A DNA stretch of 64,000 nt from Octopus vulgaris (GCA_951406725.2 OX597825.1:77748001-77812000), one strand, 5' to 3'; positions 13,919 through 28,288 are shown, counted from the first letter of the stretch. Numbers and translations are program-made. The notes: generated by a model not told the origin, from the letters alone.

Positions 13919-14833
13919 GTCTGTGTGTGAGAGAGAGAAAGAGAGCGAGAGAGAGACAGGATCTACTTACGTATGCAGTCACAGACATGCACATGTCGTA
14001 TGCAAACTAGAATGCATCCACGCAAACGTACAAGCACACACACACATAAACACACACATACACACAGGCATACAAACACACACACATATACACACAAACA
14101 AATACCCTCACACATATACACACACACTCACACAACCATACACACACACACACACACATACAGTGCTAATTTGTTTTGTCTTTTTCTAAGTCTATCGATT
14201 TTGAAAATTCAAAAACAGCTTACTACGTGATTAAACTCCTTCGCCAGTTATCGTCCTAATCTCCATCGATTATCTATTAGGAGGCATTCAGTTTGAGGAG
14301 ATGTCTACTGCTTGTGAAAAGTAGCTTCGGATTAAGAGATTTGCAACATAGGAGTTATCGGTCTATTTGCTGGAAACTCTCAGCGCGATCCACTGTTCCA
14401 GAGTAAGCTGGCTGGCCACGCTTGGCTGGACGGACCGACGGACAGCTGGCATCATTCGAAGCTTTCCTCAAACTCCTCCTCTCTATCCTCTCCTCTTCTC
14501 TTTTTCTGCTCTCATCTCTGTCTTACTCTCTTTCTTTGCACACACCCACACACACACGAACAAATATACACACACGCACATACACATATGTATGTGTAGA
14601 AATATATATATATAGGCACATAGAGGAGTAGGGACGTGAAACCCACCGGCCTGAGGAGATCACTAAACCCACGGTGGTGCTCCAGTATGACCGTAGCTGC
14701 ATGACTGAGACGACTAAATTAAAAGTATGTATGTATGCAGTTATAAATATGTATATATGCATGTATGCATGCATGTATGTATGTATATATTTATATATGT
14801 ATATATATATGAATGTATATATATATATGTATG

Positions 14834-14973
<140 letters not shown>

Positions 14974-14999
14974 TTCAGCAAAATTTTAGATTCAAATGA

Positions 15000-15219
15000 A
15001 TATGGTACTTAATTTAGATGCACCAGAATTTTGTATGGTGTTATCCATAAAAATCCGTGGGGTGATTATAGAAATAGTAGGGATGGTTGTCAACTTTGTT
15101 CTATGGAAACTTATGAAATTTTAAAACATTAGAGTAATACAAATCTGTTGAATAACCGTCTGAAGTTGGGAGCATCTTGTATACATTGCACAACCCGAAC
15201 GTTTAAATACTTTAAATAA
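15000..15219 (+). mobile_element. Penelope-like retroelement C-terminal remnant
   Basis: GCQLCSMETYEILKH*SNTNLLNNRLKLGASCIH (CxLC..E, LLNxR..CxH). Hammerhead at 15805. Confidence 0.6.
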
Positions 15220-15804
15220 TAATTTTGTGAGTATTCCTATATTTTTCAAATTTTAATTCTTTATAATCAAATAAGAAGAAATACACCAACACTGGCTTTC
15301 AATTTAACATTCATAGATGACTATAAAAACTTCACTGCAAACTTGAAATTGAATTTTTTCTAAAATTTAATCTAGCTTTAAAATTAATAAGGCTTTCCCC
15401 CAGTTAAAAAATACTATGCCTACTCATAATAATAAGTGATAGCTTTTTTCCCCTTTTTTTCTCTAAATTACACTCTCTGTGAATGGGATTGGGACCATTT
15501 GACATTGACCTAGTTCTCTCAGCAAATAGCAGTAATTGGCATTTGTTAGTGGCAATTGCTGTCTTCAACATGAATTCCTTTTATGGAGTTCTGAAACCCC
15601 CTTTAACCCATTTCTACAATTAAAAAATCTTTATTGCTTCAAACCTTACAGCAGTCAGAACAAACAGATCTTAGTCAGTCAGTGGACGGACTCTACTACC
15701 TCAAATGTTCTTAACATTTAAATTCACATCTTTGTCTATATATCTACCTTCTCTATAATGTTGCCACTTGATTTGAAAATTGTTGTATTAATGGAAAACC
15801 CCTA

Positions 15805-15890
15805 TAATTGGCTGATGAGTACTCAGCATCTTAAATCTGTTATAATACATTTAATAAAATGATGTAGTACGAAACGATCGTACCAAATTA
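15805..15890 (+). ncRNA. Minimal type-I hammerhead ribozyme motif (PLE-associated), intact core
   Basis: taattgg CTGATGA GTACT...AGTAC GAAA CGATCG TA ccaaatta: stem I, full core, stem II, palindromic stem III and GUA cleavage triplet. Confidence 0.8.
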
Positions 15891-15917
15891 CCGGAGTCAT
15901 TCTTGTTGCTTATTTTG

Positions 15918-15988
<71 letters not shown>

Positions 15989-16392
15989 AAGAGAGAGAGA
16001 GAAGAAAGAGAGAGAGGGGGAGGGAGAGAGAGACATCTGTATGCATATCCACAAATTTATACGGAATATGGATGAATGAATATATACATATATATGTCTA
16101 TGCGTGTATATGTGTGCGTGAAAGCGCATGGCTCAGTGGTCAGAGCGTCGAGCTTACGATCGTTAGTTTGTGAGCTCGATTTCCGGACCAGGGTGCGTGT
16201 AGTATTCTTGAGCAAAACACTTTATTGCTCCAGTTGCTCCAATTCACTCAGCTGTAGAAATGAGTTGCGATGTCACTGGTGCAAAGCTGTATCTGCCGCT
16301 TTGCCTTTCTCTTGAATAATATCAATGGTGTGCAGAGGGGAGGCTGATATGCATGGGTGACTGATGATCTTCTATAAAAACAACCCTGTGTG

Positions 16393-16431
<39 letters not shown>

Positions 16432-18143
16432 GACAATCATTCAGTAGCCATCATAAAACTTCGAGTTTCGGATGTCGGGGAGGAAATCCACGCCACCAGC
16501 TCTTTAGTTATCTGGCCTTCGGAAAAAATAGCATTTTTCCTATGGCTGGATAACTGAAAAGATGGCAACGTGGATTTCCATCCCGACATCCGTGTCCAGA
16601 CTAAGAATTCTAAAACAATGTGAGACTGAATCAAACGGCGTGGCGCATTGTCCTTTACTTCGAAGAGGCGGAGTAGATGAAACAGGGACAACTAATGAAG
16701 GGGAATATTCTTTATGATGCGTGTTTCGTTTCTCTGTTTGGTGGAATTTGAACTCAGAACGTAAAGACAGACGAAATACCTACTTCTTTACTACCCACAA
16801 AGGGATAAACACAGAAGGGACAAACAAGGACAGACAAACGTATTAAGTCGATTACATCAACCCCCAGTGCGTAACTGGTACTTAATTTATCGACCTCGAA
16901 AGGATGAAATGCAAAGTCGACCTCGGCCGAATTTGAACTCAGAACGTAGCGACATAGGAAATACCGCTAAGAATTTCGTCCGTCGTGCAAAAACCTTTAC
17001 CAGCTCGCCGCATTATATTATACTAGTACAAGGTAACCAGTCCTAATACTATTTACACGGATACTCTTTCAAGGATTTTGAGTGACTTGTTATATGAATA
17101 CTCGTCCCAAATGATTAAGCATACATATATCCACAGAAGTCTCAACCCGGAAAGATCATACTTGGGTAGATCTTTAAAGAACGCACCAACACTGACCAGA
17201 AGGACTTAACTTACCTTTTGTTGAGATACTCTACTCTTTCAGACCACATCGTCTCCTCATCTTGTAGGTGGCCTCAACTGTCCCATTCATGTATAAAAGG
17301 CAAATTCCATCTATTTGTTCATATTTTGAATGTCTTAACCGAAAAAGTTATGCGTATGAGACGATTTCATTTTTATTTGTTGAGTAATTATTTGAAACAC
17401 GCGTACTAAATGCATTAAAATATTATTACTTCATTTGACTTCATACATACATACATACATACATACATACATACATACATACATACATACATACATACAT
17501 ACATACATACATACATACATGCATACATACATACATATTTACATACATGCATACATACATTACATAGGTAGTGCAAGGTGACTGCTCGGTGAGATTGAAC
17601 CAGAAACTATAGGTGTTCGTAGTCTATCCTCTTAACCGTAGACCCACTCTTTTTATTACCCATGTCTACATTGATACATAAATGCAAGCCCCATATACGT
17701 ACACAAAGTTTGTTCCTTACACAAACAGCAACGTTATTTTCTAGAAGAAGAAGACAAACACAATTAGACATTTCGCTGCTCCACAAAGCAAATCTACTTA
17801 CAGTTTCTACACAGGAAATGACTGACGTTTCGTGTTCGTATTATTAATAATATTAAAACTTCCATTCTACTTACATTAATGTTATCCGACAGAAATATGA
17901 AATCCTTAAATAGTGATTAATATGCTCAAGTAATATTTGACACGAAAGAAAACAGGCTTTCATTAATTGGAAGCTTTTTTTTCATATTACTTTAAACAAT
18001 TTCTGTATTTGTAGAAACTACAAACAGAAGTTCATTACATCATGTGCATCATCATTTTCCCACTCTCTCTCTCTCTCTGTATCTCTTTCTTCTTCTCTGT
18101 CTCTGTCTCTCTCTCCCTCTCTTTCTCTCTCTCTCTCTCTCTC

Positions 18144-18199
<56 letters not shown>

Positions 18200-18315
18200 G
18201 CATATACAGGAAGCTAGTTATAGTTGGATGGATAGATATACACGTCTGTCAGCTTACATACATGCGTGGATATGTAAATGTGTAATATACATGTGTGTGT
18301 GTATGCATATACATA

Positions 18316-18364
<49 letters not shown>

Positions 18365-18569
18365 TTTACTCTCTTTTACTTGTTTCAGTCATTTGACTGC
18401 GGCCATGCTGGAGCACCGCCTTTAGTCGAGCAATTCGACCCCGGGACTTATTCTTTGTAAGCCCAGTACTTATTCTATCGGTCTCTTTTGCTGAACCGCT
18501 AAGTGACATGGACGTAAACACACCAGCATCGGTTGTCAAGCAATGCTGGGGGAACAAACACACACACAT

Positions 18570-18570
<1 letters not shown>
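18365..18570 (-). mobile_element. SINE family A tail fragment
   Basis: Nearly identical to 61025-61230. Confidence 0.8.
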
Positions 18571-18629
<59 letters not shown>

Positions 18630-19093
18630 TTCCATTGCTTGTTGCATATTCTGGTGAGCTTCATGTGACAAATTCATTAAGTAACTTCGACCTCCCAGAA
18701 TCAGCTGTCGGAATTGTAACACCATACCTTCTCCCTTTTATTTATTTTTCTGTGTCTTAGCACTCTGTGTAAGTTTGCTCTGCTAATGTATAAATATCTA
18801 ATTTATTTATACTTGAATATTCATCGTCTTGAAAATTTCATTCTTTTTTTTCTCTCTATTTACATGTACAGATGTATATATATTTTTTGAACATCAAGCC
18901 GAAGCATATATTTTGTTTATTTTCATCATTCTCTTCATACCTGGTCTCCTGGATTCCTATTGCAGCCAATATTTACTCCTCAGACTTGGTCCTCGGTAAA
19001 GGTTTCGGACTGTATGTTTAAATTATTTGAGCGCTAGGAAGCGTTTTCTATATTGAGAATCTCTGGATCTGATCTGTTGACTCCCTTCTCTCG

Positions 19094-19188
<95 letters not shown>

Positions 19189-19562
19189 CATGGAAAATGC
19201 AAGAGAAATAATTTTCTTAAGGTTATAAACCTGGAAAATTACAGGACAAGTTATTACACTTGGAAAAGTTCAGAACAACTTATTCCATCTGGTAAAGTAC
19301 AGAGCAAGAAAATTTTTTCTTAAAGTATTACAACTAAATATAAAATTTCAAATAAAATATTTAGATTTGGAGAATATTAGCTTTTATTAAAGCTAAAAAA
19401 TTATATTACAAGTTTAGATCACCTGTGAACTAAACCCCCATACTTTGTGTGTGTTTATATATGCATGTATGTATGTATGTATGTATGTACGTATGTATGT
19501 ATGTATGTATGTATGTATGTATGTATGTATGTATGTATGTATGTATGTATGTATGTATGTAT

Positions 19563-20035
19563 GAGCGTGGCTGCGTGGTAAGAAATTTGATTCCCAACTA
19601 CATGGTTCATGGTTCCGGGTTCAATCTTACTGCATAGCATCTTGAGGCCAATGTCTTTTATGATATCCACGAGCCGATAAAAGCCTTGTGAGTGGTAGAC
19701 AAAAACTGAAAGAAGCCCATCGTTTGTACATGTATATGTCTCTGTGTGTGCGCGCGTGTTTCTCTGTGTGTGTCTGTGTGTATGTATCTGTCTGTATATC
19801 TGTGTGTGTATATGTGTGAGTGTATTTGTGCTCGATTTATAGTTGTCATCCCTGCCGTTTGAAAGCTAGTGCTAGTTTGCCTCACTTCCCGAAGCTTAGT
19901 ACTTTGGTAAAATAGACCGGTAAAACAATTGCCAGGATTAGCAAATCCGTTCTAAGATCAAATTTTTTTCTACTTGAAACCTCTGGATGGTGCTCCAGCA
20001 TGATTGCAGTAGACTGACTGGAACAAGTAAATGAT
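19563..20035 (+). mobile_element. Diverged SINE family A copy
   Basis: Degenerate head and tail. Confidence 0.65.
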
Positions 20036-20942
20036 TATATAAAAAAAAAATAGTCTAAATGTCTATTCAAACGTATGTAAACATAAAACACCGTAGATCA
20101 GAAGTACAGTATTAGAAAACATAGCAATAATAAAGAGCTATATTTCAATGTCTTTTTATGATTTTCTTGTGGGGAGAGAAGAGAAGAGTCTCCTGACAGA
20201 TGTGTTAATGATTTGTAGGTCGCTCCTCAAGGAAAACGTACAGAATCTCCTTCGGGAGTATATATTCATGTGGTTAAGTATCTAAAATTGCTATCTCTTA
20301 AATCTCTGAATTAATAAAGCATTAAAAAAATTATGGCTAATTAGATAGAAAGGGGAGACAACCACTGATGATACGTATTTGGAGAGAATCATAAGAATGA
20401 AATACAGAAAATACAGGAAGAAATACAGGAAGAAGGTTCAAAAAATGTATCGGAGAGAGATTAGGAGTGCAGAAGGTTGTAACGTTAGAATAAGAGAATG
20501 AAATAATAATTTTAAAAAATGGAAGGAAGACGTAAAGAAAGAAAAAGAGATTGTAAGAAAGAAATGAATCTAGAAAGAAGAAACTGAAATGAAGAATAAA
20601 ATAAATTCAAAAATTTAGAAGGAACTGAACGAAAGAAAGGAGCAAGAGGGAAGGAATTTAATATGTGTGTGTGCGCATATATATATATATATATATATAC
20701 ACACAAGCACAAACATAAATATATATGCATATATATATATATACATATGTATATATATATATATGTATATATATATTTATATATACATATACATATACTC
20801 ATATATATATATATATATACATATATTTATACATATATATATATATACATACATATATATACATATGTATATAAATATATACATATGTATATAGATATAC
20901 ATATATATTCATATATTTATACACTCACACACACAAACACAC

Positions 20943-21008
<66 letters not shown>

Positions 21009-22059
21009 AAACTTTGGCAAGATTTCCTGTTTCTGACGTATAAAATTTCAAATCCATTTTTGAAATGTAATTAAGCAATTTTATTTGCCCCGGAATCTTA
21101 CAAACATCCTTGTAAACATTAATAAAGCGATTTAAAGCACCAATATTGGAGATGTTTCAACATTTTAAGGTTTTGAAAATTAATTTGTTCGTAAAATTAT
21201 AATTTCCGACTATATTCAAATATCAATTCGTGTGTGAGAACGCCTGTGTGTCAGTGTGTGTATATGTGTGTGTATGAACGTTTGCGTTGTTGTTCTTCTC
21301 GTTCTTGCTTGGAATTTTCTGTGCTTTTCCCCGCTTTTCATCCCTTCTCTAATACACTTTAATACTTTGCATACTCTGGTAATTTCTTCTTCTCCAAATC
21401 CAAGAATATTAGGATTCTAATCCTAATATATGCATTCTAAACCGATATTTAAATTAAACACGTTTTGAAGATCCATTACAAAGTCTTTAGATATTTCTTC
21501 AACATCTTTGTGGAACTAAACCATGACTCAGTATCGATTAGATTAGATTATAGAATCAAAATTTTTATAATTATATTTCAATCCTAAAGAAATTTTTTTT
21601 TTAGTATTTCCAAATAAATAAACGTTTTCACTTCATGTTTTAGTTTTAAATGTCGCGAGGAAACACACGGAAGTAAACAATATTTTGGATGTGTACTGTT
21701 GTGTTTAATACAAATATATATTGCCTCAGAGGAAAATCAAATCTTATGTTCGAACCGCAGTTTTAATAAAAAGACATAGAAACGAATGAACTTCATTTAT
21801 GTTAAAAGCAATCTTTAAAGCCATAGTCGGGATTCACTGTTTAGTTTCCTTGTTCTCTTCTGTGAAGTAAAAGTAGTGTAAGCATATTTATTAAGAACAG
21901 AAGAACATCATAATTTAAAATCTGTTTCAGCTGCGTATTCACAATTAAAGTAACAATAAAGGACAAAGTTTTAAATAGATAGATAGATATACCATGCTTT
22001 ATAAATATTTGTATATATAGCGTGAAATATACATGTGTATTTGTGTAAGTATATATATA

Positions 22060-22217
22060 TAGGCGTAGGAGTGGCTGTGTGGTAAGTATCTTGCTTACTA
22101 ACCACATGGCTCCGGGTTCTGTCCCACTGCGTAGTACCTTGGGCAAGTGTCTTCTACTCGGGCCTACCAAAAACTTGTGAGTGGATTTGGTAGACGGAAA
22201 CTGAAAGAAGCCTTTCG

Positions 22218-22268
<51 letters not shown>

Positions 22269-22340
22269 GTATGCGTGTCTGTGTTTGTCCCCCAACATCG
22301 CTTGGCCACAGTCAAATGATTGAAACAAGTAAAAGAATAA
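22060..22340 (+). mobile_element. SINE family A copy with internal deletion
   Basis: Head intact, tail shortened. Another tail lies at 23040-23250. Confidence 0.75.
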
Positions 22341-22530
22341 GAAGATATGTATGCACACACTCACACACGCGCACACACACGCACACACATTCACACACAT
22401 ATATGTACGAAAAACTCTTCCATCGAAGACAACTGATGAATGTTCAGCATTGCCTGAACATGTGCACGGTGTAGTACGTATCAGGCCTCGGAATTGAAAT
22501 CACGATCCAGCGATCGGGAATGCAACACCC

Positions 22531-22584
<54 letters not shown>

Positions 22585-22613
22585 CTTTATTAAAAGCAGC
22601 AGTAATATCACAA

Positions 22614-22657
22614 AAACTGTTACTCAGAGTTTCACGTTCACGTTCGTCTGACAGTTT
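22614..22657 (-). ncRNA. Degenerate minimal hammerhead motif (core U4 mutated)
   Basis: Reverse complement aaactgt CAGACGA ACG tgaa CGT GAAA CTCTGAG TA acagttt, with a 7-bp stem I. Confidence 0.5.
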
Positions 22658-22848
22658 AGATTAGATTATAGAATCAGAATTTTTATAGATATATTTCAGT
22701 CATAAAGAATGGGAAGGTGAAACTCTGAGTAACATTTTTTGTGATATTTCTGGGGTTTTTCATAAAGCATATTATTCAACCTCTGGTATTTGAGTACTCT
22801 TTTATTTCCACCTTGTGTCACATTTATGTGCTTACTCCGGTGTATGTC

Positions 22849-22931
<83 letters not shown>

Positions 22932-22970
22932 GACCTACACTTATTATAAATATATATATATATATATATC

Positions 22971-23011
<41 letters not shown>

Positions 23012-23770
23012 GCACACACACATATATCTATGTGTGTGCGTGTTTGTGTCTGTGTTTGATCCGGCATCACCGCTTGACAACCCGTGTTACTTTGTTTACG
23101 TCCCTATAAGCTAGATGTTCGGCAAAAGAGACCGATACAACAAGTACTAGGCTTTAACAATATAAGTCCTGGGTACAATATATTCGATTAAGAGGTGGGG
23201 TTCCAGCATGGCCGCAGGCAAATGACTGAAACAAGTAAAAGAATAAAAAACCACGCACAACCGGGATTATAAAAACGTATGTATACGCAGCGTGGATTAT
23301 ATTTGTGTTTTCCTGACTGAAAGACGCATTCGAAGCTGTAATGGGGTCGATCTAATCGAGTAGAAAAGAATTAAATAACATTAACCAATCTTTCTATCTA
23401 GTATAAATTTTATATGATGTCATTGTTGCCCAGATCGCTTTTATTTTTTAACTCCTTCACAACTTAATCGCTTGTGAGATCCAAATGGTCCGATTGTTGG
23501 CCCTTATTTAGTTGCAAGTAACTCATAAGTGACTGGATGTGAGTAGGAATCTTGATGGAGATTTGAGCAGACATTAAGGACTTGTGTCTGGTCGCTACTA
23601 TTTTGGGTGTATAGATATTTTGGTCTGTATTCTGGAAGACCTTGGAGTATAAACTTTTAATACTTTTGATATATATTTAAAATAATATAAATTAAATTAA
23701 TTTTATGTATTGGCTTATGTTTTTCATTGTTTGATTTGCCTAATAGTGGTTTTATCTCTAATTTATTATA

Positions 23771-23846
<76 letters not shown>

Positions 23847-24049
23847 GCATACACACATATATACATGTATAAGTATATATAAGTATTGGAGTCGATTTTC
23901 TCCAGTAAATGAAGTGGTTATACCAGTAAATTAATGTCCATCAACCTCCAGTGTTACGCAATTGTACAAAAAATGTTCAATGCCTTCTTAACAATTTATG
24001 TCTAACAAGGAATATTGTCTACAGATGTAATGTGCATGCCAAAAGAACA

Positions 24050-24480
24050 GAACGGTAATGAAATTTTAGATTTGTCTGTAATATGGCGTTCATACATTTT
24101 CTCTCTCTTCGTATATGATTTTGTCTGTCCGTAGACAAATACTACGCAAGTGCTTACATTTTTATCATTTAATTCCCAGATAAACTTAGCTAAAACCGTT
24201 TTATTCCACTTAGATGTTAAATTATTGGGGTTCCAAGGAAGTTTTCCTCTTTCTGTTGCAGTTGTTCTTTGTTTTTCCGAGTAGATATTTCACTGGGATA
24301 TACAATATCCTTCTTCATCATAGAATGTCTATCAAATAACCGCTGAGCAAGCAGCTGCTTCTGATTTCGTTTTCAATTAGATTTAATTTAATGCCCATTT
24401 GCGTCCCAAATTATTTTATTGTTGTATATTACGACTTCTTATATTTGGCAGACAGCTGTAACCAATCAAGTAACGACACA
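24050..24480 (-). mobile_element. Penelope-like retroelement remnant
   Basis: Minus-strand translations IGYSCLPNIRS and NKTVLAKFIWELNDKN...KSY match the PLE linker and endonuclease C-terminus. Confidence 0.6.
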
Positions 24481-25949
24481 GTGTCATTCTGATATAAAAT
24501 GAAATGCGATGCGTCAGAGAAACAGATTTTGGCTTTCGTTATTTCGTGGTAGGGACGGTGGAGTCGATAATACCATAAGAAGAAATAATATTAGGGGCGT
24601 AGTTTAAATTAGTTTTCATCATCAACTTTCGTTTTATAAATCTAATTTGGTCCCTTTATAAAAACTGGTCTTCATTATAAACTGATTGCTTTACTTTTAT
24701 TTCGTTTGGTTTTATTTCCGATTTCGTTTCGGGTTGTAATTAGTCGATTTAATATTTTAATCAATAACTAAGTGTTATATCGATGACACGGCTTTCTGGT
24801 CAAAAGGTGTAAAGAAATAAAACAATTTCTAATCTTTTCAAATGGAAACTATGAGGTCTAATACTTGACGTGTAAATTCTCAGTTTAATAAAAGCGACAA
24901 AGAAACAAAACGAATGTGCTGCCAATAAGGCAAAAAGAGCAGTGGCGGTTAAATGGCGAAAATGGTAATGAGAATGCGGGCGTGAAATTATTCTAATGAA
25001 TTATATAATGAGATGTTAATGAAGAGCTAGTAATGAGAAACTGGCATGGTGGCGGTCTTGTTACCCCTTTATACGGTCGCCATCTTAATAAATAGGCGGT
25101 AAAACGACACGGTAATTACGAACGGTTGTGCGCATGCTCTTTACTGATGTATTTACTTATTCAGTTTATTTTATATTGCATTTCGTGGACATCAACGTCG
25201 TTGAGCTCAGATTTCCAATGGATCGTTCCCTGGTTCACTGTGTCTGTGTTAGCGAAAGGGAAAAGGTCTTGTCTAACCCGTTGAGTAGAACTTATATATA
25301 ATCAACTTAAGGTACACATATAAATGCACTTCTAGATTCAGTCGCTTTATATGCAAAGTGTTAAAGTGATATCGTGTGCTGATACGAACATGCTTATTCA
25401 CGATGCCTTATGGGACGACATGAGAAAATGTTTCCCTGACTATCGTTCTTTACGTAAGAAAAGCTGTATATACTCTGAAACATAACTGACTATAACAATA
25501 TGTATAGTTATCAGAATAGATCTCATAAGTGTCGGGTAATTTTATAATTGTATGCATTTGGAGCTTCATATAATCAATAATTTTACCGTCTATACATGTT
25601 CGCTGATTGCTAGCTGATGGGTTTTCTTAAAGATGAAAACAACGTAGGGCAGGATGTCTTATATTTTGTCATAAAGAATAAAACTATATATGTGCGTGTG
25701 TATGTGTATATATATACGCACATACACACATATATATATATATAAATATATATATATATACACACGTATATATATATATATAAAATATATAAATATATAT
25801 ATATACATACATACATACGTACATACATACATACATACATATATAAGTATATATAAGTATTGGAGTCGATTTTCCCCAGTAAATGAAGTGGTTATACCAG
25901 TAAATTAATGTCCATCAACCTCCAGTGTTGCGCAATTGTACAAAAGATT

Positions 25950-26110
25950 TTCAATGCCTTCTTAACAATTTGTCTAACAAGGAATATTGTCTATAGATGT
26001 AATGTGCATGCCAAAAGAATTACATTTACTAGTATTGGCTCAAATGCAATTACCCTCAAGAAAAGATTATATATTCATTTTCACAACTTTAGGAGACATG
26101 GTAATGCTAA
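25950..26110 (+). mobile_element. Penelope-like GIY-YIG endonuclease remnant
   Basis: CLTRNIVYRCNV...SIG...TLKKRLYIHFHNFR resembles the PLE C..xNIVY...YIG...FKxRxxxHxxSF motif. Confidence 0.6.
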
Positions 26111-26239
26111 GGTTACGTGGCACACTGAAAATATTACCTGCAATATAGTCAAACACAGGTCTTATATAAAATGATAGATATTGGGGTAGACTTTACGGCA
26201 CCGAATTATTGTAAATTCAAAAATGTGACAGTTGAATTT

Positions 26240-26550
26240 GAGCTAAGAAGGTAAGAAGAGACGAAATACCGCAAAGCATTTATGCGGGACGTACTAACGG
26301 TTTTGCCAGTTCTCTACCTTTCGATTGCTTATAATAATCCTTACTTCTAAAGGCACACGGCCTGAAATTTGTGGGGAGGGGACTAGTCGATTATATCGAC
26401 CCCAGTGTTTGCTGGTAATTATTTCATCGACCCCGAAAGGATGAAAGGTAAAGTCGACCTCAGCAGAATTTAAACTCAGAACGTAATGGTGGGCGAAATA
26501 CCGTTAAGTATTTCATCCTGCGTGCTAACGATGCTGCCAGCACGCCACCT
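26240..26550 (-). mobile_element. SINE family B (cctttcatcctttcggggtcgat block, Deu/Nin-domain-like)
   Basis: Copies also at about 12995-13215(+), 16740-17012(-), 33800-34130(+), 62268-62400(+), 11820-12090(-) and 54500-54640(-). The domain name is from recall and was not verified. Confidence 0.7.
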
Positions 26551-27689
26551 TACGTTTGTTTATAATAATAAACTGTCTAAAAGCGCGACTAAAGTATTAG
26601 TCAAGAACTAGGATCGCTTGTATCGATTAAATTCCCCAAACATTTACTAGCTCGTTTGAGTAAGTTATAGCAAATTTTATTTACGCCTACATATTGAGTG
26701 ACTTTTCTTGACATATGTACAAACACACAGACGAGCATATATGTGTGTAATAGGTTTTTGCAACGGTGGATCTTGAAGCACGTAAAGCTATGAATAATAG
26801 CAAATAAATATTGGGTTGAAAACTGTATGGGATAAAAAATGTCGAAGGCTACTCAAGGGGCTCGAACCCATATCCCCTAGACAGAAAAGGGTCTTTTAAC
26901 CCAATATTTACATGGTATTATTTAAAGCATTATATGCTTCGTCATCAAGCTATTTCACGTGCTCACAAAAGATTATAAATTTCTGATGACGTCAAAAGTA
27001 TGTGTGCATAGTGTGTATAAGCGGATACGAGTGTATGTAACTTATAAGTAAGTAACGCGTAGGTGTGTGTTTGTGTATGTGTGCGTGTATGTACAAGTCT
27101 GTGTATGCGTGTGAATTTGTGTGTGCGTGTGCATGTTTGCTATGTACGACTGCAGTCCATCACATATGTGAGAACGGATGTTTAAATTTACATATTCATG
27201 CTGCCGCTCTATTATTAAGACACTCAGATAATTACATTAATTGCTCCAGATAATTACATAGTCATTTCATCGATAGTTTACAACACACAACACAAGTGGA
27301 TAAATTGAGAGTGATTTACGCACTGCACAAAAATCACAGATCAATAGACTTTTGAACTATCTTTTAACTACAGTGTGAGACACAAACGATCAGATTCGAG
27401 ATCGTACTATTGTAGATCGCTTGGTCAAGTGTAAAATACGTCTGATCGATTAGGGCTGGCTGTGATTTAAACAACAACAAAAACAGCCCTCTGACTAAGT
27501 TGATTCGAGATCCAGTCTACTAACCTGCAGGCTGTGATTTCGAATCTCCTTCAAGTCGCCTACGAAATACAAAGCAGTATTTCGTAGTCAGCAAATAAAT
27601 ACAGTTATTGGAAGATAAAAGAAAATCTATTACAAAATTTGTTCTTTCTCTTTAAGATCTAGGTTCGAGTATGTATATATATATATATA

Positions 27690-28104
27690 TATATTAATAA
27701 ATAAAACATATGCATATATATATACATATATGTACGTACCTACCTCTACATGTATATATACACGCATATATGAGTACAGGACACCAAAAAAACCTCGAAC
27801 ACAATTAGAAACGATAACATAGACACAAACCCAAGGAACTGGACATTTTTCTTAAACAACAAAAAAATAGAGTACAGGACAAATAACACAAGGAAAAAAC
27901 CCCTTCTTCAGTCGCCATGGTTTCATCTACTCTACGTTTCGAAGGTCCAGTTCCTTGGGTTTGTGTCTATGTTATCGTTTCTCATTGTGTTCGACGTTTT
28001 TTTTTTTTGGTGTCCTGTACTCATATATGCGTATATATATACATGTAGATGTAGGTACGTACATATATGTATATATATATGCATATGTTTTATTTATTAA
28101 TATA
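27690..28104. repeat. Long inverted repeat (about 155-bp arms, about 100-nt loop)
   Basis: 27690-27844 is the near-perfect reverse complement of 27945-28104. Confidence 0.9.
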
Positions 28105-28253
28105 TTATATGACGGAACGCACGCATCCCTTTCTAAGTAAGATTGTTCTATATATAGTTAATCCAAACATGAAAACACAAAGAGAAAACACAACAACGCG
28201 AGGACGTGGAACAAGTAAAGTGTTATTGGATGCTCAGGAAAGAAAGAAGGAGG

Positions 28254-28288
28254 GTTTAACGTTTCGAGCAGAGCTCTTTGTCAGAAAC
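28254..28288 (-). ncRNA. Degenerate minimal hammerhead motif (core G8 mutated)
   Basis: Reverse complement gttt CTGACAA a GAGC tct GCTC GAAA CG TT aaac. Confidence 0.5.

Noticed and set aside
27901-27950. Type II hammerhead on the minus strand (GAAAC...CTGAAGA)
   Set aside because: Stems I and III cannot be formed, and the stem II closing pair is mismatched.
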